Notes under the pieces: model-generated
Seen by the model: the letters and a program-made list of their open reading frames with translations, nothing else
Told to the model about the DNA's origin: nothing
Database searches by the model: none
From: Carpediemonas membranifera BICM
Taxonomy: Eukaryota > Protista > Fornicata
Direction of reading: 5' to 3'
DNA: 64,000 nucleotides
NCBI GenBank assembly: GCA_019828565.1
Contig: JAHDYR010000069.1
Span: 124,001-188,000, forward strand
Part shown: in pieces, positions 54,030 to 64,000 of the stretch
Numbering within the stretch: position 1 is the first letter of the stretch
How the letters are laid out: each line of letters starts with the position of its first letter
Position numbers and translations under genes: made by a program

Positions 54030-54899
54030 GTGCGAGGTGCTGCGGTGCATGTGCCGCCGGTCGCGACTGCTGGCTGCGAAACCCGCCAGAAAACGAAGAA
54101 ATTCTGCATGACATTCCGATATGGGGCTATTTGTGCAGCAGCATGCATTGCTCTATGGGAGAAAGACCCCATTCAGCCCAAATCGCTTACCAGTTTTTGC
54201 CAAGGAGTTCACTATCTCGAAGAACTGGACGAAGCACGCCTGACAGCCCTGATGCACCATCTTTCAGCCCATATAGTCCAAGGAACGAGCAAACTGACCC
54301 ATATAGTCTCCAGGTCATGCTTGCTGGACAGCGAGTGGCTTTCCATTCTTCCAAGCATCGCCTCCGCATGCGACATGCTCGGCCAAGCACTTCGCTGGCA
54401 CCCGGAGCCATTCGAGTTGATCGAATCACTCGCCATGTTCTCTCAGGATAAGACAGGCGGCTTCTTCGTGGTCATGCTCGACTTTCTAGGAACGATTGCC
54501 CGAGAACACAGGAATGCATTCAATGGCAAGCAATACGGCCCGGCCGACTTCGTGCCCCGAGCAATGCATTCACCAAGCGATATGATACTCCAAGAGGCAG
54601 CTAGCGCATCCCGTGCGGTCTTTAATCTCCTCTGTCACACTCTGCGTGGGATCCCGCAGAGTAACACGCCCCTCGACCCCATTCTAGTGGAACAGCTGGA
54701 AATCTCACAGAATCTGACATTATCGAGAGAAGATCAAGATATGACTCCGCCCGCTGAGTTTTTCATGGCTGCGTCTGCGTGCAGGCGGCTGAGTATCACA
54801 CGAAACGAGAAGGCCAGCCTTACGGTGAGTCGACTCGTATTCGAGCCGAGACGGTGGGAGCTGGCCGAGAACGCCGGGGTTGTTGGAGTTGTGAGCTGA
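54030..54899 (+). CDS. Hypothetical protein (start uncertain; first ATG near 54108)
   Basis: 289-aa helical-looking ORF. Confidence 0.55.
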   Translation: MRGAAVHVPPVATAGCETRQKTKKFCMTFRYGAICAAACIALWEKDPIQPKSLTSFCQGVHYLEELDEARLTALMHHLSAHIVQGTSKLTHIVSRSCLLDSEWLSILPSIASACDMLGQALRWHPEPFELIESLAMFSQDKTGGFFVVMLDFLGTIAREHRNAFNGKQYGPADFVPRAMHSPSDMILQEAASASRAVFNLLCHTLRGIPQSNTPLDPILVEQLEISQNLTLSREDQDMTPPAEFFMAASACRRLSITRNEKASLTVSRLVFEPRRWELAENAGVVGVVS

Positions 54900-55035
54900 G
54901 AGATGAAGAACACTTCTTCGTCTCTGGCCTTTATGCTTTTCTGCTGTGTTGTTGGAACGGTTGGGTTGGGTCGGGAAGATGGTGAACGTTTACTGCGGCT
55001 CATGCAGTTGACTTGAAGGGAACGATTAAAGTCTC

Positions 55036-55368
55036 TCAAACACGTTCGCGGAGCCCTGCTGGCTGGGCGTGTTATTCTGCGAGGTCGGCATGGCGAGCCG
55101 ATGATCTTGGACTAACCTGCGTCGGCCTCAAGCGTCATTTACAGCATCATACAGAGACCTCAGTCCATGCGTGGGAACGGCTCTGCTCCGCCCGGCGACC
55201 CGCTGCTCCGGGGCCGGTTACTCTCCCACTGCGCGAGCGTCCTTCCCCGCCCCACCCACGTGGGCTGGTTCGGCACCTCCACGCGCCTTGGCTGCGGGTT
55301 GGCAGGATAAGGCCCCGTCTGCACGACCCGGCTCCGGTTCATGACGTTCATGCCCATGATGCCCGCCC
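55036..55368. repeat. 333-bp inverted repeat, copy 1 (copy 2 at 57660-57992)
   Basis: Reverse-complement identity; identical peptides appear in the ORF track on opposite strands. Confidence 0.95.
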
Positions 55369-56218
55369 TCTGCTGCGGCTGCTGCTGGTTGTTCGCCTGG
55401 GTCCTGAACTCGTCAAGAGGCCCCGTCTTGGGCACTCGCTTGGCCTTGACATACAGCGGGATCCTCTCGAGGAACGGCAACTTGTTCTCAATAAAAATAA
55501 AGAGTCGATCTGGCACAATCCAGCGCATGGGCCCAAAGAAATAGAGGTAGCCGACGATAATACCCGCCAACTCGCCAGCCCATGATGTGTTGAAGGGGCT
55601 GAGCGTGACAAGTGATATGATCTGGAACAAGATGAACATTACCCAAACGAAGACGTGCGATGGCATCGGGATGCAGTAACAGAAGATGAGCTTCTTCAAG
55701 TTGGCAAGGCCAATAAGCATGACGAGCGAGGTGAACATAAAGCCGGAGATGCCGACATTACAGCTATTGAAGAGGTACGTCCCGACATATGGAACGAAGG
55801 CGAAGGCCCAGCCGATCAATACCACGATGGAGCCTGTGATAATGGTTGTCACGACAAGACAAAAGAGGAAGTGAAGAGTTCCTGTGAGTCTCTCTACTGC
55901 AGCGGCCATGAATAGGAGGATGAAGACAGTGAACAACAGCTGGAAGGGGCCTGTGGAGACGAAGGCATACGTCAGCACCGTCCAAAGACTGAAACCGATC
56001 TTGTAGTTGAGGAAATTGGCTGGGATGAGGCAAAGCGCTTCGGGAATGTACGCAATTACTGCCATGCTTGGAATAAAGGCCAAAACGACGGCAACAGTCA
56101 GCAAAACACTCGCAAGGCCTAGTGATCGCAACCAGGCTTGGAACATGAAGCCCAGCTGGTCGCAAAAGCCAGGGCCGTTCGAATACATGCTATTTGAATA
56201 GTTTGGTCCGCCGCTCAT
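55160..56218 (-). CDS. Rhomboid-like membrane protein
   Basis: LWTVLTYAFV, VERLTGT, VGISG, SWAGELAGIIVG, and C-terminal WVGRGRTL (SHP-box-like). Confidence 0.82.
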   Translation of the reverse strand: MSGGPNYSNSMYSNGPGFCDQLGFMFQAWLRSLGLASVLLTVAVVLAFIPSMAVIAYIPEALCLIPANFLNYKIGFSLWTVLTYAFVSTGPFQLLFTVFILLFMAAAVERLTGTLHFLFCLVVTTIITGSIVVLIGWAFAFVPYVGTYLFNSCNVGISGFMFTSLVMLIGLANLKKLIFCYCIPMPSHVFVWVMFILFQIISLVTLSPFNTSWAGELAGIIVGYLYFFGPMRWIVPDRLFIFIENKLPFLERIPLYVKAKRVPKTGPLDEFRTQANNQQQPQQRAGIMGMNVMNRSRVVQTGPYPANPQPRRVEVPNQPTWVGRGRTLAQWESNRPRSSGSPGGAEPFPRMD

Positions 56219-56570
56219 TGTTGTGTACTTACTACGGGCGTTCGTAGGTTGACAAAGATCGATCTATTCTGGATTTGATTGATTTGAGTGGTCGCACGTT
56301 CATAATGCCGTGGCATGCCACTTGTTGGGTCCATTCTCCAATTTCTTTCGTCCTTTTCAGAAAGTTGATTGATCTTCCTCGGAGTTGTCAATGATTGAGC
56401 AAAGTGTTTGAAGAGTGGAGCAATCTCAAACCCTGCTTTGATCAGCAAGTTACTCATGTCATTTCCCGCGTCTGGAGCCAGCTACACACAAGACCGCACC
56501 CTGCACCCTTGAATTAATCATCTGCAAAACCCGCCACTCACAAACAAAGGCTGCTGATTTCCTGCCATTC

Positions 56571-57554
56571 ATGGAGAATAATGCCTCATTTGTGACCTTT
56601 GATGAGAAACCAAAGGTTATCCATGACCATGAGCACGAAGAGAAGCCTCGTCACTCCCTTCATCATGACAAACAAAGAAACGTTGAAATGGACGACATTA
56701 AGCGCGTCTTGGGCGAAGATTATCACCATGAGATGGATGAGCCGGATTATTCGTCCGACAGTGAGTACGAATCAGTGCCTACCGTGAGCCCTCTGAAGTC
56801 CAGCCACGTCCAACTCGACAAGCCCCTCTCCCTGATCTTTTACGACCTCCTCTCTAATATTACGCTTCACTCGCACCAGCTCCTTGCTGGCCGCATCATC
56901 AACTCCTCTCTTGCGCTCGCTAGCCTTGAGCTGGACGGGAACCCACGTCCACCGACGCCCCCCTGCAGGTCAACATGCTCCGATGCGCTTGAAATGGAAG
57001 AATCCGACCCCCACTCGGCCGGTACATACCCCACAGAGTCGTTTGCCTCGCCCACTATGTCTCCAAGGTCAATCCTCCGCACCCACGACGATTCAACCGA
57101 GGCAGATGCCGACACCAAGTCCGTCCGGTCTGTGAAGTTCGGCAGAGCCGTCTGCGCCTCCCACTCGTTCGGTGGCGGTGAGGATGAGCTCCCCATGCCA
57201 CCCAGCCCCAAGCCGATCGCCGAGTCACAGCACGCACTTGCCGTGGCCATCGGAGCTCATGTGCCTGACGTTGTCAGCATGGTGGGCATCAAATCCGCAG
57301 AAATCGCCTCACTCCGCAAGACTATCGGGTTTTTCGTCTGGTCCCTGCGTCTTGACGAGCATGACGTGCCTCAACTAGAGCCTGAGCACTGGCGGGCACT
57401 GACCGCGCTCATGCTGCTGCTATTCAATGACCTACCGGAGCCCGATTCGCCTCTGTATGTGGACTTGAGCCATGACGAGATTGCGGGCCTAAGGACGATG
57501 AGTCTTTTGTCTGACGGCGACTATCAGATGATTTGCGACTTGTTCGTGGGTTAG
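56571..57554 (+). CDS. Hypothetical protein with a weakly RPAP2-like C-terminus
   Basis: 327-aa ORF; FVWSLRL...PEHWRALTALMLLL. Confidence 0.6.
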   Translation: MENNASFVTFDEKPKVIHDHEHEEKPRHSLHHDKQRNVEMDDIKRVLGEDYHHEMDEPDYSSDSEYESVPTVSPLKSSHVQLDKPLSLIFYDLLSNITLHSHQLLAGRIINSSLALASLELDGNPRPPTPPCRSTCSDALEMEESDPHSAGTYPTESFASPTMSPRSILRTHDDSTEADADTKSVRSVKFGRAVCASHSFGGGEDELPMPPSPKPIAESQHALAVAIGAHVPDVVSMVGIKSAEIASLRKTIGFFVWSLRLDEHDVPQLEPEHWRALTALMLLLFNDLPEPDSPLYVDLSHDEIAGLRTMSLLSDGDYQMICDLFVG

Positions 57555-57936
57555 AAGTGTTTATATGTGTGTTAAAGTGCTATGTATACGTGGTATTAGG
57601 CTGTGTTTAGATCAGTTTTTGGTTGCCTGTCTAGTGAAGAAGGTTTGTTAATTCGCTACGGGCGGGCATCATGGGCATGAACGTCATGAACCGGAGCCGG
57701 GTCGTGCAGACGGGGCCTTATCCTGCCAACCCGCAGCCAAGGCGCGTGGAGGTGCCGAACCAGCCCACGTGGGTGGGGCGGGGAAGGACGCTCGCGCAGT
57801 GGGAGAGTAACCGGCCCCGGAGCAGCGGGTCGCCGGGCGGAGCAGAGCCGTTCCCACGCATGGACTGAGGTCTCTGTATGATGCTGTAAATGACGCTTGA
57901 GGCCGACGCAGGTTAGTCCAAGATCATCGGCTCGCC

Positions 57937-58656
57937 ATGCCGACCTCGCAGAATAACACGCCCAGCCAGCAGGGCTCCGCGAACGTGTTTGAAACACCAG
58001 ATAGTAGAGAAACGCCATCAACAACGACACTTAATCCCAATCACACTCAATCCACGCCGGTTCAGACGAATACTGGCCAACAAGGCCAAGCAGCAAGCCA
58101 AACATACGAAAGATGGGACGATGAGCAAGTATACCGTGACGTAGAGGATCTTCTTCGAGCCCCTGCCAGGTCCACGCCAGCACGCCAGCCAAACCAGCGT
58201 CGTCGACGCCGCGACGTGTTTATGGACAGCGTACGGCCGGTAATAACCTCACCAGAGTTCATATCATCAGTCACTAGGCTCACCCAAGGTGTTCTGGAGG
58301 GGGCATCGGCCGCTCTATTTGGCCCCGGTAGTGTTTCTGCCGAAGGCGGTATTTTCTCTGACTTCATGCCGATGCTCAGCGAACAATTCCTCGAGAGAGT
58401 CCCGGTTCCCGTGCCCCAGAACGAGCTTGAGCTCATCCCGGTCGTCTCCTTCCGCCCCGGCATGTTTGCCTCTGACCCGACCTGCGCAATCTGTCGCGCC
58501 GACTACACGTACAACGAGAACATCAGAGTACTACCCTGCGGCCACCACATGCACCAGCGCTGTGTGGATGTCTGGTTCGAGACGAGAAACACATGCCCCA
58601 TGTGTCGGGAGCGGGTGGCTGCTTGCATAGAGCAGGGCGTGGATGACGTTGACTGA
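57937..58656 (+). CDS. RING-H2 E3 ubiquitin ligase
   Basis: CAICRADY...LPCGHHMHQRCVDVWF...CPMCR. Confidence 0.92.
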   Translation: MPTSQNNTPSQQGSANVFETPDSRETPSTTTLNPNHTQSTPVQTNTGQQGQAASQTYERWDDEQVYRDVEDLLRAPARSTPARQPNQRRRRRDVFMDSVRPVITSPEFISSVTRLTQGVLEGASAALFGPGSVSAEGGIFSDFMPMLSEQFLERVPVPVPQNELELIPVVSFRPGMFASDPTCAICRADYTYNENIRVLPCGHHMHQRCVDVWFETRNTCPMCRERVAACIEQGVDDVD

Positions 58657-58837
58657 GGGTTGTGAGTGTGGGACGTTTGGGTAGTTTAGTAAAGTTTGCA
58701 TGGACGAGCTTGGCTGGCTGAAGAAAGCTCAGGTTTGATGATCTGGTCGGAGCTGCAAGTTCATCGCTCCCCGCCTCACACCAGGCTCTGTGAGGTCGAC
58801 ACCTCGACGCCATGACTCCGGTTCAAGTCGTCTAGTG

Positions 58838-59968
58838 ATGAGATGTGTCTGGCAAGTGCTTCTTGCGGCGCTACTGCTCTCTTCAGTTGCTGCAGATGAA
58901 GAGATAGTTCTTGCAATTGCCCTATTCCGCCATGGAGCCCGCACGCCGCTCCATACGCTTCCACAAGGGAAAGACCCTTGTACATGGCCCATCGGACCTC
59001 GGACAATGGGACAACTCACAGGCACTGGCGAGAAGCAGCTCTATACTCTCGGAAAGTACTACAGAGACCGATACGTCTCCACGCATCAACTTGTTTCCCC
59101 CTCTTACAATGCCAGCGAGATTCTCGTCATCTCCAGCGGCACTGATCGCACAGTGATGTCTGCATACGCAGCTATGCTCGGCCTGTACCCGCCAGGCTCG
59201 AATCCTGGCGGCCCAGTCGGCATTCAGCCCATTCCAATCATTTCTTCATCTGATTGCCCCTGGACCACCCAACCTGACGCGATATTCAGTGAATATTTGA
59301 CATGCCCGTACGTGAGACACATCAAACACCACACATCATCAACGCCAGAGTGGCAATCAGTGGAGAAGCGCTACTCACCGTTCATGAAGCGAATGAAGGC
59401 GCTTTTTGGCCTTGATTACAATATTTCAGCTTGGCAGATTCGGTCGATATTTGACCCAATCAACTGTGGACTAGCAGAGGGATGTCCCCTTCCCGCATTC
59501 CTGACTCGGTCAGATTGGTCCACCATTTCGGATATCCACAGATTGAAAATGCACGCGAGAACAGGGAAATATGACTATCTCTGGACCAGGATGGAATCTA
59601 CACCCATCCTCCGCCTATGGGACCGTTTTATATCGGACTCAATCGCGGGTTGGCCCCAAGCCCGCGCCGTGTTCTTCTCTGGCCACGATACAACGGTGGA
59701 AGGGGTGTTAGCGACTCTCAATGCCTGGCCTGATTCTGCCCCTACAGCCCCGTTTGGCAGTCATGTGGAGTTGGAGCTGACTCAGGGCGACTTGGGAGAG
59801 TATTGGATCAGAATTTATTACCAGGGCGAGGTGGTCCAGCTACCCGGATGTGGGGGGCCTAGCTGCTCTATTGAAGAGTGGCGGGGGATTCTTCAACGGT
59901 CCTTGGTCGACCTCTCCTTGTGTGATGAGGTTGGTGTTCATGATGCTCGCGAGAGAGTGGATCTATGA
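58838..59968 (+). CDS. Secreted/lysosomal histidine acid phosphatase
   Basis: Signal peptide, RHGARTP, GQLT..G, RTVMSA, SGHDTT. Confidence 0.93.
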   Translation: MRCVWQVLLAALLLSSVAADEEIVLAIALFRHGARTPLHTLPQGKDPCTWPIGPRTMGQLTGTGEKQLYTLGKYYRDRYVSTHQLVSPSYNASEILVISSGTDRTVMSAYAAMLGLYPPGSNPGGPVGIQPIPIISSSDCPWTTQPDAIFSEYLTCPYVRHIKHHTSSTPEWQSVEKRYSPFMKRMKALFGLDYNISAWQIRSIFDPINCGLAEGCPLPAFLTRSDWSTISDIHRLKMHARTGKYDYLWTRMESTPILRLWDRFISDSIAGWPQARAVFFSGHDTTVEGVLATLNAWPDSAPTAPFGSHVELELTQGDLGEYWIRIYYQGEVVQLPGCGGPSCSIEEWRGILQRSLVDLSLCDEVGVHDARERVDL

Positions 59969-60081
59969 AGCCGTCTTCTCGTCCAGTTCCTGACCGTCTC
60001 GAAGTCTCATGGAAATTTGTCCTGGGTATGGCTTAACTGACTTGAGCGCAGTTGCGCGGGTTTTCGAGAGGTGCGCAAAAG

Positions 60082-62367
60082 ATGGCTTCCTCAAACGCCG
60101 CGAGCCCCGCTGTCAAGAAGAAGAAATCCAAGGGTAAAACAATGAAAGCGATCCCGTGGTGCCTCAAAAGTGACGTGTTCGGCATCCCCGAAGGCACTTT
60201 CCTTGCCCCCGAGTTCGAAAAGGCCACCTCCACGAAGCGGAAGGCCGGTGAAGCTAAGAACACCCCCAAGAAGCGTTCCAACGACACTCCATCCTCCCAA
60301 ACTGATACCACCACCTCAGATGCCAAAAAAGAGCCCGCCAAGAAGAAGGCCGTCCGCCTGACCCCCGACCATCCCGTTCCCACCGTCGACGAGCTCCTTG
60401 GTGAGGGCAACTACATCCCCTGGTGGGACGACGTCGACATGGAGGCCCTGTCCAAGTCCGATCTCTCCTCTTCGAACGGCGACGACGACGATGACGAACC
60501 CCAGAGCCCCAAGGCCGCAGAGGTTGAAGGATGGACCACGTGCACGCATAACGGCATCATGTTTGAGCCGCCATACGAACCACACGGCGTGCCGCTGGTT
60601 TACGACGGTGTTGAGTACGTTTTGCCGCCCCACCTCGAGGAGATCGCGACCATGTTCGCGGCGGAGCTACACACGCCATACAGCGCCAAGGAGGTCTTCT
60701 GCAAGAACTTCTGGACCGACTTCCAGAAGTGCTTGAACCCCGGTCTCAAGAAAAAGGAGGACCGTCACCCAATTCAATACTTTAAGCTCGCAGATTTCTC
60801 CAAGATTTGGAAACACCTCAACGATGAGCGGCAGAAGAAGCTACTGATCTCCAAAGAAGAGAAAGCCGCCCTTGCCGCTCAGACCAAGACCCTCCGCGAC
60901 CACTACGGCTTTGCCACCATCGACGGAGCCCGAATTGAAGTCGGGCCATGGAAGGTGGAGCCGCCGCACCTGTACAAGGGCCGGGGCAACCACCCCATGC
61001 AGGGGCACGTGACCAAGCGCATCATGCCCGAGGACGTGACACTCAACCTCGACTACAAGAGCGGATGCAACCCACCCACACCTAATGTGCCCGGGCGATG
61101 GGGGGAGATTCAATGTCTGCCCGACGTTCAGTGGATCGCAGCGTATAGTAGCGGAGAGTTTACGAGCACGCTCAAGTATATGAGGCCTGGGGCGACCTCA
61201 CCGATGAAGGGGCGCAGTGATTTGATCAAATTCAACCTCGCACGCAAGCTGACGCTTCGTATTGACGAGCTTCGGAAGTCTATTGAGGCTGACATGGCCG
61301 CCGACCAGCCCATGGACACGCGACAGCGGGCTGTGGTCATCCACGTCATCGACCGGCTCGCGATCAGGGCTGGCGGCGACAAGGACACCACCAAAACTGC
61401 GGACACCGTGGGCGTGTGCAACCTCAGGGTCGAGCACGTCACCCTCGACCCTGCCACCCGGTCTGTGAGCTTCGACTTCCTCGGCAAGGACAGCATCCGG
61501 TACCAGCGGACCGAGGTGTTCGACCCCCTGCCGTTCCAGGTGTTCGCGGACTCCATAGCAACCAAGGGAAGGGCCGAGCGACTCTGGTCGGCTGGGACAC
61601 ATGGCCGCGTGAACGAGTGGCTCAGCGGATTCATGCCTGGGCTCTCACTCAAGGTGCTTCGGACGTTCAACGCGTGTGTCACGCTGGACAAGCTGCTGTG
61701 GAAGACGCCGAAGGGATTGTTCGGCAAAGATGTGAAACTCAAGGAGATTTATACCGAGGCCAACAAGGAGGTCGCGCTGATGTGTAATCACCAGAAGTCG
61801 GCCGCGAAGGGCCACGAGGCGTCGGTCAGGAAGGGGAAGCAGAAGGCGGACGAGGCCAAGGCTGCAGTGGAAGAGGTCGGGGCGTGCGTGGTGGCTTTGC
61901 TCGGCTTCATCCTCACGCAGTTTGACGTCGATGAGGACGAGGCGGTGGTGGACGCTGCACTCGAGGCTGTGGGCATATCTCGGGACAAGGCGGGTGTGGC
62001 GCCGACCAAGGAGCAGACGAAGCTGCTCAACCCTCTGTTTTCCAAGAAAATGAAGGGATCAGATGAGGCGGTCGAGTTCGATCCGACCTTGAAACAGGCC
62101 CTCGCCAAGCTCAAGACAACCACCGCCAAGCTTTCCCGCACAAGAGATCAGCTCGCCAGGCTCTCGGGCTCTGTCACTGAGCGGGAAAGCCTGAAGACGG
62201 TCGCCCTGGGGACCTCGAGGCTCAACTACCTCGACCCCCGCATCACAGTGGCGTGGTGCCGCAGAGAGGGGTTCCCCATCACCAAGGTCTTCAACAAGAC
62301 GCTGCTGACCAAGTTCCCCTGGGCCCTGGATGTGCCCGCGGAGTGGGTGTTCAGGCCGGAGGAGTGA
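60082..62367 (+). CDS. TOP1: DNA topoisomerase IB
   Basis: EPPHLYKGRGNHP, AIRAG, ADTVG, FDFLGKDSIRY, KVLRTFNA, CNHQ, LGTSRLNYLDPRI. Confidence 0.97.
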   Translation: MASSNAASPAVKKKKSKGKTMKAIPWCLKSDVFGIPEGTFLAPEFEKATSTKRKAGEAKNTPKKRSNDTPSSQTDTTTSDAKKEPAKKKAVRLTPDHPVPTVDELLGEGNYIPWWDDVDMEALSKSDLSSSNGDDDDDEPQSPKAAEVEGWTTCTHNGIMFEPPYEPHGVPLVYDGVEYVLPPHLEEIATMFAAELHTPYSAKEVFCKNFWTDFQKCLNPGLKKKEDRHPIQYFKLADFSKIWKHLNDERQKKLLISKEEKAALAAQTKTLRDHYGFATIDGARIEVGPWKVEPPHLYKGRGNHPMQGHVTKRIMPEDVTLNLDYKSGCNPPTPNVPGRWGEIQCLPDVQWIAAYSSGEFTSTLKYMRPGATSPMKGRSDLIKFNLARKLTLRIDELRKSIEADMAADQPMDTRQRAVVIHVIDRLAIRAGGDKDTTKTADTVGVCNLRVEHVTLDPATRSVSFDFLGKDSIRYQRTEVFDPLPFQVFADSIATKGRAERLWSAGTHGRVNEWLSGFMPGLSLKVLRTFNACVTLDKLLWKTPKGLFGKDVKLKEIYTEANKEVALMCNHQKSAAKGHEASVRKGKQKADEAKAAVEEVGACVVALLGFILTQFDVDEDEAVVDAALEAVGISRDKAGVAPTKEQTKLLNPLFSKKMKGSDEAVEFDPTLKQALAKLKTTTAKLSRTRDQLARLSGSVTERESLKTVALGTSRLNYLDPRITVAWCRREGFPITKVFNKTLLTKFPWALDVPAEWVFRPEE

Positions 62368-62489
62368 GTGTTACGTAAAGGCGTGGGTTATAGTAAATGG
62401 CTGGTTTATGGTACATGTAACAGGCAATTCATCGCATTTGACGCCTTCATCCAGCACAGTCGTCGATTCATCATGACTGACGCCTCAAA

Positions 62490-63440
62490 TCACCGGCCTA
62501 CTGCCATCAGAACTTCGGCAGCAGACCTGGGCTTGGCCACCTTGAAGCCTGATACCGTCGCTCCCATTCGAATGGTGTCCTCGAGCGGAACGGCGACAGG
62601 ACCTTCGGGCGAGCGCTCGGGCGAGAGTAAAAGAGCGTAAGGGTCTTCATCGTCGCCCTTGGAAGCTGTTTGGTGCCTACGCGGGAAAGAGTAGAAAGGC
62701 CGCAAGCGCTCCGCCCGCTGTCGTTCGCGGACGTCCTGTTCGAGACTAGACACGCCTTGACGTGTGCGTTGTATCGATCTAATGCTGGGTCTACCCGAAT
62801 ATGCGGGAGAAATGTCAGCGTCCTCTGGCTTTCTTGCTCCAACGCTCCTCTCTACCGCTGAACGTCTGCTGCCGATGGTTCGACTCCCGCCAAAGGACAC
62901 TGAGCCAGTGCTAGGTCTACGGCCGTTGTTCTGAGCCGTTTCGTCAGTTATAGGTGTAGCTAGCGGAGGCATGAGAGGATGGGGGGTAATGTCGTTCGAC
63001 AGCGGGCTTTTCACAACAGCGCTGCCGGTAAGGGAGGCGAGGCTTGTCTCCAGTGCCCTTATACTCCGCTGCTGATCGTCGATTACTCGTTCGTATGTTC
63101 GGACGCTGGAGCGGCACGCGGTGATGACATCCTGGGCAGCTTCGACCTCTGTTATGCGATCAGCGCGAAGAGAGGCTTCCATATCGCCAACATGCTTCTT
63201 AGAATGGCGCAAGGAACGTTGTGTCTTCTTCAACTCGGCCTCTAGGGCTGTATTTTGGGTCTCTAGTTCTCGAATTCGGGCGTGGAGCTTCATCTGTTGC
63301 CTCTTGAGGTCAAGGATGATCAGTCTGTCGTCTTCAAGAATACGTTTGATCTGATCTTTGTTGTTTAACTCGCGATCTTTCATTGTCGCACTGCTGTCTC
63401 CTGAGAACAAAACTGCGAAAACCCAATTACTGGGCGACAT
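62490..63440 (-). CDS. Hypothetical coiled-coil protein
   Basis: N-terminal heptad-rich region and an S/R-rich tail. Confidence 0.6.
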   Translation of the reverse strand: MSPSNWVFAVLFSGDSSATMKDRELNNKDQIKRILEDDRLIILDLKRQQMKLHARIRELETQNTALEAELKKTQRSLRHSKKHVGDMEASLRADRITEVEAAQDVITACRSSVRTYERVIDDQQRSIRALETSLASLTGSAVVKSPLSNDITPHPLMPPLATPITDETAQNNGRRPSTGSVSFGGSRTIGSRRSAVERSVGARKPEDADISPAYSGRPSIRSIQRTRQGVSSLEQDVRERQRAERLRPFYSFPRRHQTASKGDDEDPYALLLSPERSPEGPVAVPLEDTIRMGATVSGFKVAKPRSAAEVLMAVGR

Positions 63441-64000
63441 CCGTCATCTCTTTCGGGTAGACTCAAGAGAAACCGATGACGACACGGCCGATGGCACCGA
63501 CGATAACACGGCTGAATGGAGTGGGTCAGTCACGGAGGTTCGACTCCCAGCAGTTCCGAACCTTCGCAAGGGAACTCTGTTTGACAGCTACGACCCCATA
63601 TCACCACGAGGACAACGGCATCGTAGAGACCCTCAAGTCTTTGTCTAAACGCCACAATGGGCGATATCCGTCACGATGAGTTGTAGCAGTAGATCGTGAA
63701 GGACAGAATAACGTGTGTACCTCGGAGCATGAGCTTGTCTTAGAGTGGAAGCAACTCAGACGTGCAGCTCGGAATCATAGCTTATCGCCAGCCTCGACAT
63801 TGTCACATGGTCATCCGACCGCCATCGACCTCCATCATATCCTTTATAAAAAATACCATGAGAATTGACCTCAAATACCATCAAATCGCGTCCCCGCCGA
63901 CCAACGGCTCAAACGCCTCACCATCGTCATCCACGCCAAGGAACTCGATCCAATCAGCCACCTTACGAACCCGGTTGCCCACATCGTGGAAGCCGCCAAT

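Overview
This is a gene-dense, intron-poor eukaryotic (protist) window that uses the standard genetic code and has very short introns (about 28-32 nt). The gene set and the RCC1-like paralogue family suggest a free-living metamonad such as Carpediemonas, but that assignment is inference only. Bases 1-10.5 kb are a mobile-element block with three parts. (i) A degenerate multi-ORF DNA element (1 to about 6785) carries a frameshifted DDE transposase of the RAG1/Transib/CACTA-Mirage-Chapaev type, a divergent PHD-like zinc-finger gene, and three subterminal TAGAT(A/T)ATCTA palindromes. (ii) A truncated DIRS-type reverse transcriptase pseudogene follows. (iii) About 5.2 near-identical tandem copies of a 535-bp unit come last. 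A 60-70 nt hairpin with conserved bulges and compensatory changes occurs in each full unit and also just downstream of the transposase; this is the most unexpected signal in the window. The remaining 53 kb is mostly housekeeping genes: eIF3b, TTLL, PAP2, homeobox, Spt4, HIRA-like, PsuG, Cgr1/CCDC86, FERM, HIT, Sec31, macrodomain, villin, rhomboid, RING, acid phosphatase and TOP1. Local oddities include a sugar transporter-6PGD-G6PD cluster, a probable GT-TG intron, a 333-bp inverted duplication and a 655-bp gene-conversion tract. All calls come from reading motifs by eye; no searches were run.
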